A stretch of 63,639 nt of DNA, the filler included. It is 6 parts of 6 records of this genome, joined end to end, with 100 filler letters (N's around TTAATTAATTAA, not from the genome) between each part and the next. Parts side by side here need not be neighbours in the genome. Positions count along the whole stretch, not along the records: positions 9,449 to 27,288 come from SRR31156797_9377; 5 more parts are not named here. One strand, written 5' to 3'. Position numbers and translations under genes: made by a program. Shown piece after piece: positions 9,509 to 18,838 of this stretch (position 1 is its first letter; the number at the start of each line of letters is the position of its first letter). The notes under the pieces were generated by a model. The model was given only the letters and a program-made list of their open reading frames with translations. It searched no databases and had not been told where the DNA came from.

Positions 9509-11593
9509 CTAAGTCATGGAAATGAACCGCTGCACCTGCCGCTTAAAAAGAGCCAGTGCATCGGGAGAATTATTGCCTGCATAACGAATCGAAACATAAC
9601 GGCCAACTATATCACCAACACCGGCTTCTAGTTCTGGACGTTCCTGACACACACGATTCAAAAAGTTTCGCGGACACTCTCCACGTCCTTTTGCAATCCC
9701 CATTTTTTCCATACGTTTACAGAATACGGCCCAACTTTGGGTCAAGGGTGCAACCGACTCTCTGGTCCGCCACCAGGCAACCAAAAGATACAGCAGCAGC
9801 AGTGCTGTTACGCCTGCGACTGAACCAATCACCATGTCAAGCCAGTTGGTCTCTTTCACTCCCACCCCTTTGAGCAGTTCCACCTGCTTGTCAGGGTTGT
9901 AATTAATTACCCACTTCTGCAGATCACCAAACCAGGTAGACAAATCCGGCATCTGCCAGAACGGCTCTTTCTTTGCCGCTGCAGGTTGTTTTTCCAGTTC
10001 CTGTTTGTCTACAGGATCAGATTCCTTTAAAAACGGCTGTTTTTGCTCTTCCTGCTTGAGCTCAATTGCGGATTCTTCCTGTTTTTCAGGCTTGGCTGCC
10101 GCAGCTTTCTTCCCTGGAGGCAGGACAATATCCTTGGGCTCCACACGGTGCCACCCCTTGTCGTCATCCCAGATCTCCAGCCAGGCATGGGCATTGGTCT
10201 GCTTGACAATTACAAAGTTGGTTAGCGCAATGATGGTACCGCCGCGATACCCACTCACCAGGCGGGAAGGGACACCGGCAGCTCGGAGCAGCATGGCAAT
10301 GCTGCCTGCCAGGTATTCAGCTCCGCCTCTTTTTTCATCAAAAAAATACCTGTCGAGCAGGTCGTACCCCGGCGGGATCACATATCCGGCATCAAAGGTG
10401 AAATCTCCCTTTGCCAGCACACTCAACGCCTTGTGTACTCTATCTGCAGTGGTTGAGTTCTCAGCAGCTATTTTCTCACCCAGCGCCTTTAAGCGCGGAT
10501 TAGTGTTTTCCGGCCATGACAGGGCTAAAGCACGCTGCTGATCAGTGAGGATAGACCCGAATCCGTACTCCAGGTAAGAGGTCATCTGAAATTTTGGTTC
10601 CTTACCGATAATCTTGCGAATACTGAGGAGTTGAAAATCGGAAGTTATGTAGGCTTCCGGTGCTGCAGCGCCTGGTATATCCAGCCCAAAAAGACATTTG
10701 CCGCCATTGGGCATAACCCGCAGGGTATACCGAACAGGTTCAGCCTTATACCGTACTTCGTAATCAAATTTCTTTTTAGAGCGTATGGCTGTACTCATCC
10801 TGCTGTTTCTGTCATCCCACCCATCAGGAAGAGTCCAGTTCTCGCCGTCAAATTCCCAGAACACAGGACCACGCCAGTACAACCGGCTAATAAACGGCGG
10901 GGGACCCTCAAATTCTGCAACCAATACATTCTCGTTCTCTTCAGAAGCCTTATGGAATCCACCTGGCTGCAAGTTCTTAATTTTTCCAAATTCACCGTCC
11001 CCCTTGTTCATCATGGCCTTGACCGGGAGGCCGAAGGCAATCCCTATATCCCATAAGGGTCCGGGAACCCGTGGAAAAACGAGAAAAAGCACCAGGGCCA
11101 GCGGCAGGCCGAGAATAAAGAGGAGTGAGGAACGTTTGAGTAAAAACCTGGCAGTGGTTGCGGCATCTCCGGTGTGTATCCCAATGAGGCTGACAGTAAG
11201 GGCAAAAATCACCACCAGCATATGGATCAGGCTTAACAGGGACTCCCAATACAGTGCCCCCACAGCAGCCAGAATGACAGCGGCAAAAAGAAGGAGCAGG
11301 TAATCCCTTCTTGTTTTGGATTCGCTCCATTTAAGGAAAACCACGGTGATAAAAAAGCTCAGCACTGCTTTGCCTGAAAACCAGCTTTCAAAGCTCAACC
11401 ATATTCCAGCGGCTGCGCCTCCCAGTAAAAGATATAAAATTACTTTGCCAAGCCAGCCCTTTCGCACCCGGGGCAGATAATGCATTACCCCACCTGCAAC
11501 GGCTATCCCAGTCACCCAAAGCGGGAGCTGCCCCAGGCTGGGCGCTGCCGCTAAAATCAATGTTACGAGAACAAGGTTATGAAAACCACTCAT
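9509..11593 (-). CDS. TgpA-like DUF3488 + transglutaminase-like + DUF4129 membrane protein (catalytic Cys absent)
   Basis: N-terminal TM bundle ending LFLVFPRVPGPLW, LYWRGPV, LLRAAGVPSRLVSGYRGG, NAHAWLE. GGAEYLA stands where GxCEHFA is expected. Confidence 0.9.
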   Translation of the reverse strand: MSGFHNLVLVTLILAAAPSLGQLPLWVTGIAVAGGVMHYLPRVRKGWLGKVILYLLLGGAAAGIWLSFESWFSGKAVLSFFITVVFLKWSESKTRRDYLLLLFAAVILAAVGALYWESLLSLIHMLVVIFALTVSLIGIHTGDAATTARFLLKRSSLLFILGLPLALVLFLVFPRVPGPLWDIGIAFGLPVKAMMNKGDGEFGKIKNLQPGGFHKASEENENVLVAEFEGPPPFISRLYWRGPVFWEFDGENWTLPDGWDDRNSRMSTAIRSKKKFDYEVRYKAEPVRYTLRVMPNGGKCLFGLDIPGAAAPEAYITSDFQLLSIRKIIGKEPKFQMTSYLEYGFGSILTDQQRALALSWPENTNPRLKALGEKIAAENSTTADRVHKALSVLAKGDFTFDAGYVIPPGYDLLDRYFFDEKRGGAEYLAGSIAMLLRAAGVPSRLVSGYRGGTIIALTNFVIVKQTNAHAWLEIWDDDKGWHRVEPKDIVLPPGKKAAAAKPEKQEESAIELKQEEQKQPFLKESDPVDKQELEKQPAAAKKEPFWQMPDLSTWFGDLQKWVINYNPDKQVELLKGVGVKETNWLDMVIGSVAGVTALLLLYLLVAWWRTRESVAPLTQSWAVFCKRMEKMGIAKGRGECPRNFLNRVCQERPELEAGVGDIVGRYVSIRYAGNNSPDALALFKRQVQRFISMT

Positions 11594-12546
11594 GGACGGA
11601 TCTCCTGCTCACCACAAAGGGCAAGGGTTTGCAGGCAATGCTGCACGTGTGTTTCGTCTCCTCCCGGTTCTATCACTTCACCGGGCAGCTCCAGTCCAAA
11701 TTCCCTGTTTTCCCGATGGGCATCAACCACCCATCGGCACAACTGCGACAACCGCTCTTCCACACCTGGAGCGTGAACGTCGTCCCATCGCAGCCACAAG
11801 GCTGCATCTCCCTGGGCACCATCGAATTCCTTGGTATACAGCTCATCGAACCTGGCAAAGGCTTTCCATGCTATCCTGGAGAGCGGATCACCGGGAGAGT
11901 AGCGACGCATATCTCTATAACTGCCGGACTCAGAAAAAAGATGGGCCTGCTTATCAGAAGCCGGACTAGGAAGGGGTTGCTCACCAACAGGAGCGGGATA
12001 AACCAGGCATGCGGGTATATCAACAGTTACAAGTCGTGCTTCAAATACCCCCATGGGAAAGCAGCTTCTTATGCTTGCCGGGGCGGATTGAAGCATGCCG
12101 CGGTTGACAGTTTTTCGCTGCAGCTGAAGCTGGGTTTGCCCTTTTCCCTGGAAATGCTTTTCAGAAGAAGATGCCTTTGCGCTGACACCACGCATTCCAT
12201 AACGGATAAAACTCGACCGGTTGGTAACCATTATTTGATACTGGGCGTTTTGCCCGGCAAAGACAGGATCAACCCGCCAGTCAGTAAAACTCAGCTTCTT
12301 TACGTTGCTCCAGGTTTCATAGAGACCGACTATCGCAATGGAAACCAGGAGAAAGGTCATGGCAAAGAGCAGGTTGTTGCTGAAGTTAATCGACATCAGG
12401 AACCCGCATAAAACCAGACCGAAAAAACCATACCCTGAGGGTGTCAGTCGAATACGCACCCCTCCTGGAACAGGTTTGAGAAAATCAAGAGATATCTGTT
12501 TACTCAGTACACCGGTAGTCACCCGGCCCAAACCCATGGCACCCAT
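11590..12546 (-). CDS. DUF58 domain protein
   Basis: N-terminal TM with SINFSNNL, FPMGVF, LVYP, RRYSPGDPLSRIAWKAFAR and LYTKEF; lies between moxR and the transglutaminase gene. Confidence 0.9.
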   Translation of the reverse strand: MGAMGLGRVTTGVLSKQISLDFLKPVPGGVRIRLTPSGYGFFGLVLCGFLMSINFSNNLLFAMTFLLVSIAIVGLYETWSNVKKLSFTDWRVDPVFAGQNAQYQIMVTNRSSFIRYGMRGVSAKASSSEKHFQGKGQTQLQLQRKTVNRGMLQSAPASIRSCFPMGVFEARLVTVDIPACLVYPAPVGEQPLPSPASDKQAHLFSESGSYRDMRRYSPGDPLSRIAWKAFARFDELYTKEFDGAQGDAALWLRWDDVHAPGVEERLSQLCRWVVDAHRENREFGLELPGEVIEPGGDETHVQHCLQTLALCGEQEIRP

Positions 12547-12549
12547 AAT

Positions 12550-13500
12550 TTAATCTACACTCACATTTGAGAGTATCTCTTCACTAATCCGCGAAGAAGA
12601 CATCCTGCCAGCCAATGGCACTAAACGATGGCCAACCACTGCCGGCAGGACCTGTTGAATATCTCCAGGCAGCACAGCTTCCTCATTGTGCAGCAGTGCC
12701 CAGGCCTGGGCAGCACGCAGCAGCCCAATACCTGCCCGGGTAGAAAGACCGGTCTGGAACAATTCGGAATTGCGGGTAAAATCAAGAATGCGGTGGAGGT
12801 ATTCCAGCACTGCCTGGGAGGTGTTAATAGTCTCAACCTTTTTTTGCAGAAGCAGTAACTGCGGCGGTGAGATTAGGGGGGTAAGCGCTTCCAGCATTTC
12901 CCTGCGGTCTTCTCCCCGTAAAATCTCAAGCTCGGCTTCACTGTTGGGGTACCCCATGGATATACGAAGCAGGAACCGGTCAAGCTGCGACTCCGGCAGG
13001 GGGAAAGTCCCCAACTGTTCGGTGGGATTTTGGGTGGCTATAACAAAAAACGGTGCCGGCAGGTTACAGGGTTCGCCTTCAACACTCACCTGCCGTTCTT
13101 CCATGGCCTCAAGCAGCGCACTCTGGCACTTGGGTGTGGCCCGATTGATTTCATCAGCCAGCAGCAGCTGGGTGAAAACAGGCCCCCTGGTAAAATAAAA
13201 TTCTCCTTTGTTGCGGTCATAGATCGAGCTGCCGATAATATCACCTGGCAGCAGGTCACTGGTAAACTGCACCCGCTGGTATTCCAGCCCCAGGCACTTG
13301 CCCAGGGTATGAGCAAGAACCGTTTTGCCAAGTCCGGGCACATCTTCAATCAACAGGTGTCCCTTGGCAAGCAGGCAGGTCAGAGCCATTTTAATCTGCT
13401 CTTCCTTGCCGAGCACAATCCTGCCCAGCTGTTCGTGCACCGGATTGAGCACATCTCCAGCCTGCCACTTATCCACATCAACTTCCGCCATTTTGTTCAT
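12550..13500 (-). CDS. moxR: MoxR family AAA+ ATPase
   Basis: GHLLIEDVPGLGKT, RVQFTSDLLPGD, LLADEINRATPKCQSALLEAMEE, PFFVIATQNP, LPESQLDRF. Start moved to ATG 13500, which has a GGGGG RBS. Confidence 0.93.
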   Translation of the reverse strand: MNKMAEVDVDKWQAGDVLNPVHEQLGRIVLGKEEQIKMALTCLLAKGHLLIEDVPGLGKTVLAHTLGKCLGLEYQRVQFTSDLLPGDIIGSSIYDRNKGEFYFTRGPVFTQLLLADEINRATPKCQSALLEAMEERQVSVEGEPCNLPAPFFVIATQNPTEQLGTFPLPESQLDRFLLRISMGYPNSEAELEILRGEDRREMLEALTPLISPPQLLLLQKKVETINTSQAVLEYLHRILDFTRNSELFQTGLSTRAGIGLLRAAQAWALLHNEEAVLPGDIQQVLPAVVGHRLVPLAGRMSSSRISEEILSNVSVD

Positions 13501-13510
13501 ATATCCCCCA

Positions 13511-14773
13511 TTAAAAATTATATCCGATTCCAAATGTTATGGAGTATGAGTCCCAATCCGCCTCGTTAAACACAGTGTTGTACACCTCATCATCCACGGT
13601 ATAGGTTATCTTTTCCCCATCATCACTACTCATTTTGTGATACGCTGCGCCAAGGGTCCAGAACCAGTTATTGTCTGTGGTGTAACGATAGTACAAAGAG
13701 ACGGTATAGCCTTCTCCGCTGGAATTATGCTGAAAGCTGACAGGCTGCGCCAAATCGGATCGCAGGTTCCACTCGCCATCGGCCTCATAATCGGCCCACT
13801 GATAAGCAAAATTGCCAAACAGGGCATGATGCGTGTTGAACCACAATTCAAGATCAAACCCGACCCAGGGACCTTTCCAGTTCTGCTCGTACCTGGACTG
13901 CAGATCATCAAAGGGTCCCAATGGAGTATCAAAACCATAGGCTGATATAACCTGCTCCCCATCACTCATCTCAAAATCCTGGGAGTGATAACTGTAACCC
14001 ACCAGCGGCATAAAATGGATGCGCCCGCCGTTTGCTGAAAGCGGCGCATCAAAACGATAACCGAAACCAATATTTGTATCGATCAGGGAACCTTCCGAGG
14101 TATCAGCATAGGCACGCGAATACTCCATGGTTCTATTGTCTCCCAGGTAATCGGAATCCTGAACAGTCCCCGACATAATCACCCCCAGATCCACCCCGCC
14201 GCGCAGATAGATTCCACTGGAATTACTCCAGCGAAAGTCTCCGCCAAGTGCAAAGGATTCGATATTATCCCACTGCAGCTCAGACAGAATATTAGGGCTG
14301 TTATCAGGTCCGGCTATATTAAAACTTGCATTATCGTTTCTATAGCCCGCCCTTAAGGTGAAATCAGGACGATACTCAACGAAACAGGGCCGCACCGGTT
14401 CATCCTCTACAATTTCCGGCTTTACTTCACCGCCTGCAACAGGAGATTTTTCGTCCTCTACTGCAGGTAACTCCCCGCCTTCAGCAGTGGCCGCTTTGCC
14501 CTCCTGCAGAGCAGGGGGTTGACCTGGACTTTGTCTTACACCTATTAAAGCGGGCTGTTTGGGCTGCACAGGCTCTGCAGTTTCATCGGTTTGAAACCTG
14601 ATGTTATTAGCTGTCCCTTTCCCGGGATTGATGACCATGTTCAATTCAGTGGGTATCGCGTTGGGATCAGCATTGCTTTCTCCTGCAATACAACTCCCCC
14701 CGCCAGCGTGCAGCAGCACTGCAACAGCTGCAAACTGGAGGCATGGTTTGATTTTCAATTCAACGCTGCTCAT
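13511..14773 (-). CDS. Omptin-like outer-membrane beta-barrel with Pro/Glu-rich N-terminal extension
   Basis: ILSELQW and GTVQDSDY motifs resemble omptin SQLDW and DxDW. Amphipathic strands and terminal aromatic motif GIGYNF. Confidence 0.7.
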   Translation of the reverse strand: MSSVELKIKPCLQFAAVAVLLHAGGGSCIAGESNADPNAIPTELNMVINPGKGTANNIRFQTDETAEPVQPKQPALIGVRQSPGQPPALQEGKAATAEGGELPAVEDEKSPVAGGEVKPEIVEDEPVRPCFVEYRPDFTLRAGYRNDNASFNIAGPDNSPNILSELQWDNIESFALGGDFRWSNSSGIYLRGGVDLGVIMSGTVQDSDYLGDNRTMEYSRAYADTSEGSLIDTNIGFGYRFDAPLSANGGRIHFMPLVGYSYHSQDFEMSDGEQVISAYGFDTPLGPFDDLQSRYEQNWKGPWVGFDLELWFNTHHALFGNFAYQWADYEADGEWNLRSDLAQPVSFQHNSSGEGYTVSLYYRYTTDNNWFWTLGAAYHKMSSDDGEKITYTVDDEVYNTVFNEADWDSYSITFGIGYNF

Positions 14774-17043
14774 TAATTGACCTCCCCGTTAACAACCTTT
14801 TCAAAACTGAAATCCGAAATAAGGTACAGATAGGTAAAATCTCCATCTTCTCCGTTGGGCGCTAATTCCTGACGTTCCAAAGTCGCTGCCCGCCACACAC
14901 CGTTAAGATCCGCAGTATCAATGACACGATTTTTACCTGTCCGGTTAATAACCTTAAGGGCGGTGACAAAATGATAGCCATTGGTCCAGGACGCCACAGG
15001 CTTGGACACAACGCCCTTGTAACTGAACACAGGGACCTCTCCAAGAGCGCGTAAAACAACGGGCCGTACAGCGCCCACCTGTTTTCTCATCAGATATGGG
15101 GTGCGGACCTGTTTCACCGCTATCTTGGTCATTTCCACAAATCCCTGTTCCACTCTGTTTCCACCTGCCATATAAGGCCCCTGGGCAGCGTCAGCTCCAG
15201 CGGCTGCACGTTCCATCTTTTCCCTTCTGCCGCGATCCAGAGAATCAAAATACTGGTCAAGATCACTGGGGTGGGCACTCAGCTCACCAAGTCGCTGCCT
15301 GGTAACTTCCTCACCCTGATCAGGAGCACTGAGAATATGGGGTGTGATGAGCAGCACCAGCTCGGTCTTGATCTCGCTTTTGAGCTGTTCCTTAAAAAAG
15401 AAACCGAGCAGAGGAATATCGCCCAGTACCGGCACCTTATCTTCGCTATCTACTGTTTGAGTACGTATCATCCCGCCAACAGCAATGGTCATGCCGTTCT
15501 GGGCAAGCACTGTTCCTTCAAGCTTGGAGGTATTGATGGTATCAATGGACACATATTCTACGCTATCATCTAATAATACCGGAATCTGGCCCCCTCCTAA
15601 TTCCACTGTTGAGTTCTCATGGACAATACGCATTACCACTGAACGATCAGCATTAATGGAGGGAAGAATAGTCAAGGTGTTGCCTATTTCCGTCACCTCA
15701 GTCACAGGGACAGGCAGCGTGCTGACAGAAACATTTGTACCGCTGGAAACCTCTACCTGCTGGGCCTCGAACCCGGTGGTCAGCACTGTTTCCTCACCGA
15801 TAAACAATTTGGCAGGATGGTTATTGGCCGCCATCAGCATGGGAGTGGCAAGAGACTTTATGTTGTCATTTTGCTCCAGCAGCTGGATGCGAACCCGTAG
15901 ATTTTCACTTAAGGACTGGAACACCAATGTTGGGTCTTCAATCAATCCAAAATTGCCCAAGCCCAGAAGAGAGCTGCCAACGCTTCCGGATTCAGGATTA
16001 AGCGGATTGACAATTTGTCCATCATCGGGTCCGGTCTGATCACTGCCGCTGATGTTGGATATATCAAAGGCAGACTGAAACTGGTCAGTCAGCTGTATCT
16101 CAAGTACCTTCATCTCTAAAAGCACCTCCGGCACCTGCTGGTCGGAATCTTCTATGATCTTGGAGATTTCATCCATGGCCTTTTCGTCTGAAGTCCGGAC
16201 AAAAAGCATGTTGTGGAGCCGGTTCACCGTAATATAGATTTGTGCCTCAGTCCGCTGGGAGACCTGGCTCACCTGGCCGTCGGTGACCGCCAGGATCTGC
16301 TCATTCATCCTTTCTTCCAACATATTCAGCATGGTCGGGGTGAGACTGCCAGTCTCCAGACTCGGCCGCTCCCTGCTTCTGCTGCTGGAGCTGCTGCTTC
16401 TATAGCTTGTACTCCGCGTGGTTGAATTTGAACTACTGGAACTGCTGGAACTGCTGAATTCATCACCGTCATCAATATCCTCTGTAAAAGGATCGTCAGC
16501 AATACTGTCTATCTGGAAGTCATCTCCATAATGGCGGTCTGCCTTGCCAAGCAACTCAACCCTCTCGCCGAACAGGTCGGCAATGGTTCGGGCAGCGATA
16601 CCAACATTGAGATATTTGAGTTGAAACTTTCTGGTGGGTTCATAGCGAAAGACCACTATGTCGCGCTGATACTCGGCAGTGGTCATCACAATAAAAATAC
16701 CGGTCTTCTGGTTGTAACGGTACCAGAGCCCGGAAATCCGGCACATGGAATCCACCACATCGCTTACGGTGAGATCACGGACAAAAAAGGTCACCTTCTT
16801 TTCCCCGGCGGCCTGCGTGGCAACAATATTAACGCCGCTCAACTCAGAAATAACGCGCACTGCATCCTGCACTCTTGTCTTTTTAAATTCCAGCTCCTTT
16901 ACAATAAACTCTTCCGCTCTGTCGCGACCTCTTAATTCATCAGCAAGGGAGGCGCTGCAGCATAAAAAAAACATGAGCAGCACTCCAGCAGCTGCCAGGT
17001 ACAGGGTTATATATATTGGTGGTTCTATCTGTTTCTTCATCAA
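14773..17043 (-). CDS. Secretin (GspD/PilQ family) with DUF3438-like C-terminal extension
   Basis: N0-like domain, Ser-rich insert, EVLLEMKVLEI, LATPMLMAANNHPAKLFIG, KVPVLGDIPLLGFFFK and KTELVLLITPHI, followed by ~190 extra residues. Confidence 0.9.
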   Translation of the reverse strand: MMKKQIEPPIYITLYLAAAGVLLMFFLCCSASLADELRGRDRAEEFIVKELEFKKTRVQDAVRVISELSGVNIVATQAAGEKKVTFFVRDLTVSDVVDSMCRISGLWYRYNQKTGIFIVMTTAEYQRDIVVFRYEPTRKFQLKYLNVGIAARTIADLFGERVELLGKADRHYGDDFQIDSIADDPFTEDIDDGDEFSSSSSSSSSNSTTRSTSYRSSSSSSRSRERPSLETGSLTPTMLNMLEERMNEQILAVTDGQVSQVSQRTEAQIYITVNRLHNMLFVRTSDEKAMDEISKIIEDSDQQVPEVLLEMKVLEIQLTDQFQSAFDISNISGSDQTGPDDGQIVNPLNPESGSVGSSLLGLGNFGLIEDPTLVFQSLSENLRVRIQLLEQNDNIKSLATPMLMAANNHPAKLFIGEETVLTTGFEAQQVEVSSGTNVSVSTLPVPVTEVTEIGNTLTILPSINADRSVVMRIVHENSTVELGGGQIPVLLDDSVEYVSIDTINTSKLEGTVLAQNGMTIAVGGMIRTQTVDSEDKVPVLGDIPLLGFFFKEQLKSEIKTELVLLITPHILSAPDQGEEVTRQRLGELSAHPSDLDQYFDSLDRGRREKMERAAAGADAAQGPYMAGGNRVEQGFVEMTKIAVKQVRTPYLMRKQVGAVRPVVLRALGEVPVFSYKGVVSKPVASWTNGYHFVTALKVINRTGKNRVIDTADLNGVWRAATLERQELAPNGEDGDFTYLYLISDFSFEKVVNGEVN

Positions 17044-17056
17044 TATGGTTTGTCCT

Positions 17057-17590
17057 TTAACGCACTATAATTACCTGGCCTAATTGCCCTGATTCTACAA
17101 CAACATGGAGCCGGCTGATCTCCTTTACCCGGATAACCGTGTCATACCCAATATCATGCAACCCCACGGTATCTCCCTGGCGAACAATATGCACAGGGCC
17201 GCCGCCAATCTCGAGCAGCGCCACGATCTCGTCATTTTCCCCTTTCAAATGCCCCCGTAAACGCATTTTGGGGATTTCCTTCACCTCTTTGGCCGGGGTA
17301 AAAACAGTGCTCCCCTGCCTAACCTGCGGTTGAGGTTTGGGTTTATCTTTTTCAATCACCATTTTCCTGGTTATGGAAAATGGATCTCTCTGCTCCGGCA
17401 CCATGGCGATCAGCTTTTCTTTAGCCAGATTGACCGTATTCCCAAGGTCTTCCATAACCTCCCCTAAGGGATTTGGTTCGACTACGACACCATCAGGAAT
17501 TGCAGCTGTTACTTGAACAGGCAGCACCATTATTCCGGCAATAACAAATACAGTTCTCAAGCCCACTTTCCGCAACCGCAAATACCGCAT
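17057..17590 (-). CDS. PilP/GspC-like accessory protein
   Basis: N-terminal hydrophobic segment, RDPF motif, MRLRG...ALLE...HIVRQGD beta domain; immediately upstream of the secretin. Confidence 0.6.
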   Translation of the reverse strand: MRYLRLRKVGLRTVFVIAGIMVLPVQVTAAIPDGVVVEPNPLGEVMEDLGNTVNLAKEKLIAMVPEQRDPFSITRKMVIEKDKPKPQPQVRQGSTVFTPAKEVKEIPKMRLRGHLKGENDEIVALLEIGGGPVHIVRQGDTVGLHDIGYDTVIRVKEISRLHVVVESGQLGQVIIVR

Positions 17591-18837
17591 TACATCCCTC
17601 CTTTGGACACCGCCATTACTGCCTGGAAAAAAGCATAATAGACAAACCCCACCATACCCCCGACCAACAAAATAAGTGTTGGTTCCACCATAACGGCGAT
17701 GAGCTTTACCTTGGCGGCAAGTTCTTTTTGATAATATTCCCCGACCCCGAACATGACCGTATCCAACTGGCCGCTGCTCTCCCCCACTGCAGCCATATGG
17801 CGCATCATCACCGGAATATGTGGTTGATCGAAGGTTTTAGAAAGGGCTCGTCCTGCCAGAAGGCCTTTAGCAGCACGGGTAAAACAATCGCTGACAGCAA
17901 GATTGGGGATAATTCTGGAGGTGACACGTAAAGACTCCAATGCGGTAACACCACTCTGCAACAGCATGGCCAGGCTCCACCCGGCCTGGGCCATGGAGGC
18001 ATACAGTACTGCGGTGCCGATTATAGGGATGCTGAGAATACAACGATCAATAACCCGTTTCCCGGGTTTGGTGGTATAGGCCGCTAGTATGCAAAAAACA
18101 GTGACTCCGGTGGAAACAGCTATAATTTTACCGTAATCAAGCGCCAGTGCGGACACGTCCATTAGCATCTGGGTAGAGGCGGGCAAATCAACACTACGGG
18201 CAGAAAGAAACCTGGCAAAACGTGGAATAACACCCAGTACTAAAAAAACAACCACGCCCACAGCAGACAGCATTACAAAGGCAGGATAGACAAGGGCTGA
18301 AATTAGTTGTCGTTTAAGCTCCTTGGTCCTCTCCATGGATTCTGCCAGCCGTTCCAGGATGGTGTCCAGGTTGCCGCTCTGTTCCCCGCTTGCGATCAGG
18401 TTGGCGACTATGGGAGTAAACATTTTTTTCTCTTTAGCCAGCATTGCGGAAAAACTGTTACCGCGCCTTATCTCGTTACTCATCCGCACAACTGCACGTT
18501 TGAGCCGAAAATTATTAATCATCTCGTTACAGGCATCAAGAGTGGTCACCAGGGTATAGCCGGCCCTAAGCATGAGGGCAAGCTGACGGAAAAACAAGAC
18601 CAGGTCGCCAGTGCCAACAGGAGCGTACTGGAAAGGTTTGAGATACCCGGCAATCACTTTTATCCTTGCCCTGATGCCCCTGTTAAAGGCCAAATTTTCA
18701 CCCTCACGAACCTTAACCACGAAAATCGACCGTTCGCGGAGCAGCCGGACCACTTCCCGCTCACTTTCTGCCTCAATCTGCCCCTGCTGCTCCTGCCCGC
18801 GTTCGTCAAGCCCCAGGTAAGAGTATACCTGCGCCAT
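17590..18837 (-). CDS. pilC: PilC/GspF inner-membrane platform protein
   Basis: FFRQLALMLRAG, GEQSGNLD, SALVYP, GESSGQLD and VEP motifs; three TM segments. Confidence 0.93.
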   Translation of the reverse strand: MAQVYSYLGLDERGQEQQGQIEAESEREVVRLLRERSIFVVKVREGENLAFNRGIRARIKVIAGYLKPFQYAPVGTGDLVLFFRQLALMLRAGYTLVTTLDACNEMINNFRLKRAVVRMSNEIRRGNSFSAMLAKEKKMFTPIVANLIASGEQSGNLDTILERLAESMERTKELKRQLISALVYPAFVMLSAVGVVVFLVLGVIPRFARFLSARSVDLPASTQMLMDVSALALDYGKIIAVSTGVTVFCILAAYTTKPGKRVIDRCILSIPIIGTAVLYASMAQAGWSLAMLLQSGVTALESLRVTSRIIPNLAVSDCFTRAAKGLLAGRALSKTFDQPHIPVMMRHMAAVGESSGQLDTVMFGVGEYYQKELAAKVKLIAVMVEPTLILLVGGMVGFVYYAFFQAVMAVSKGGM

Positions 18838-18838
18838 C

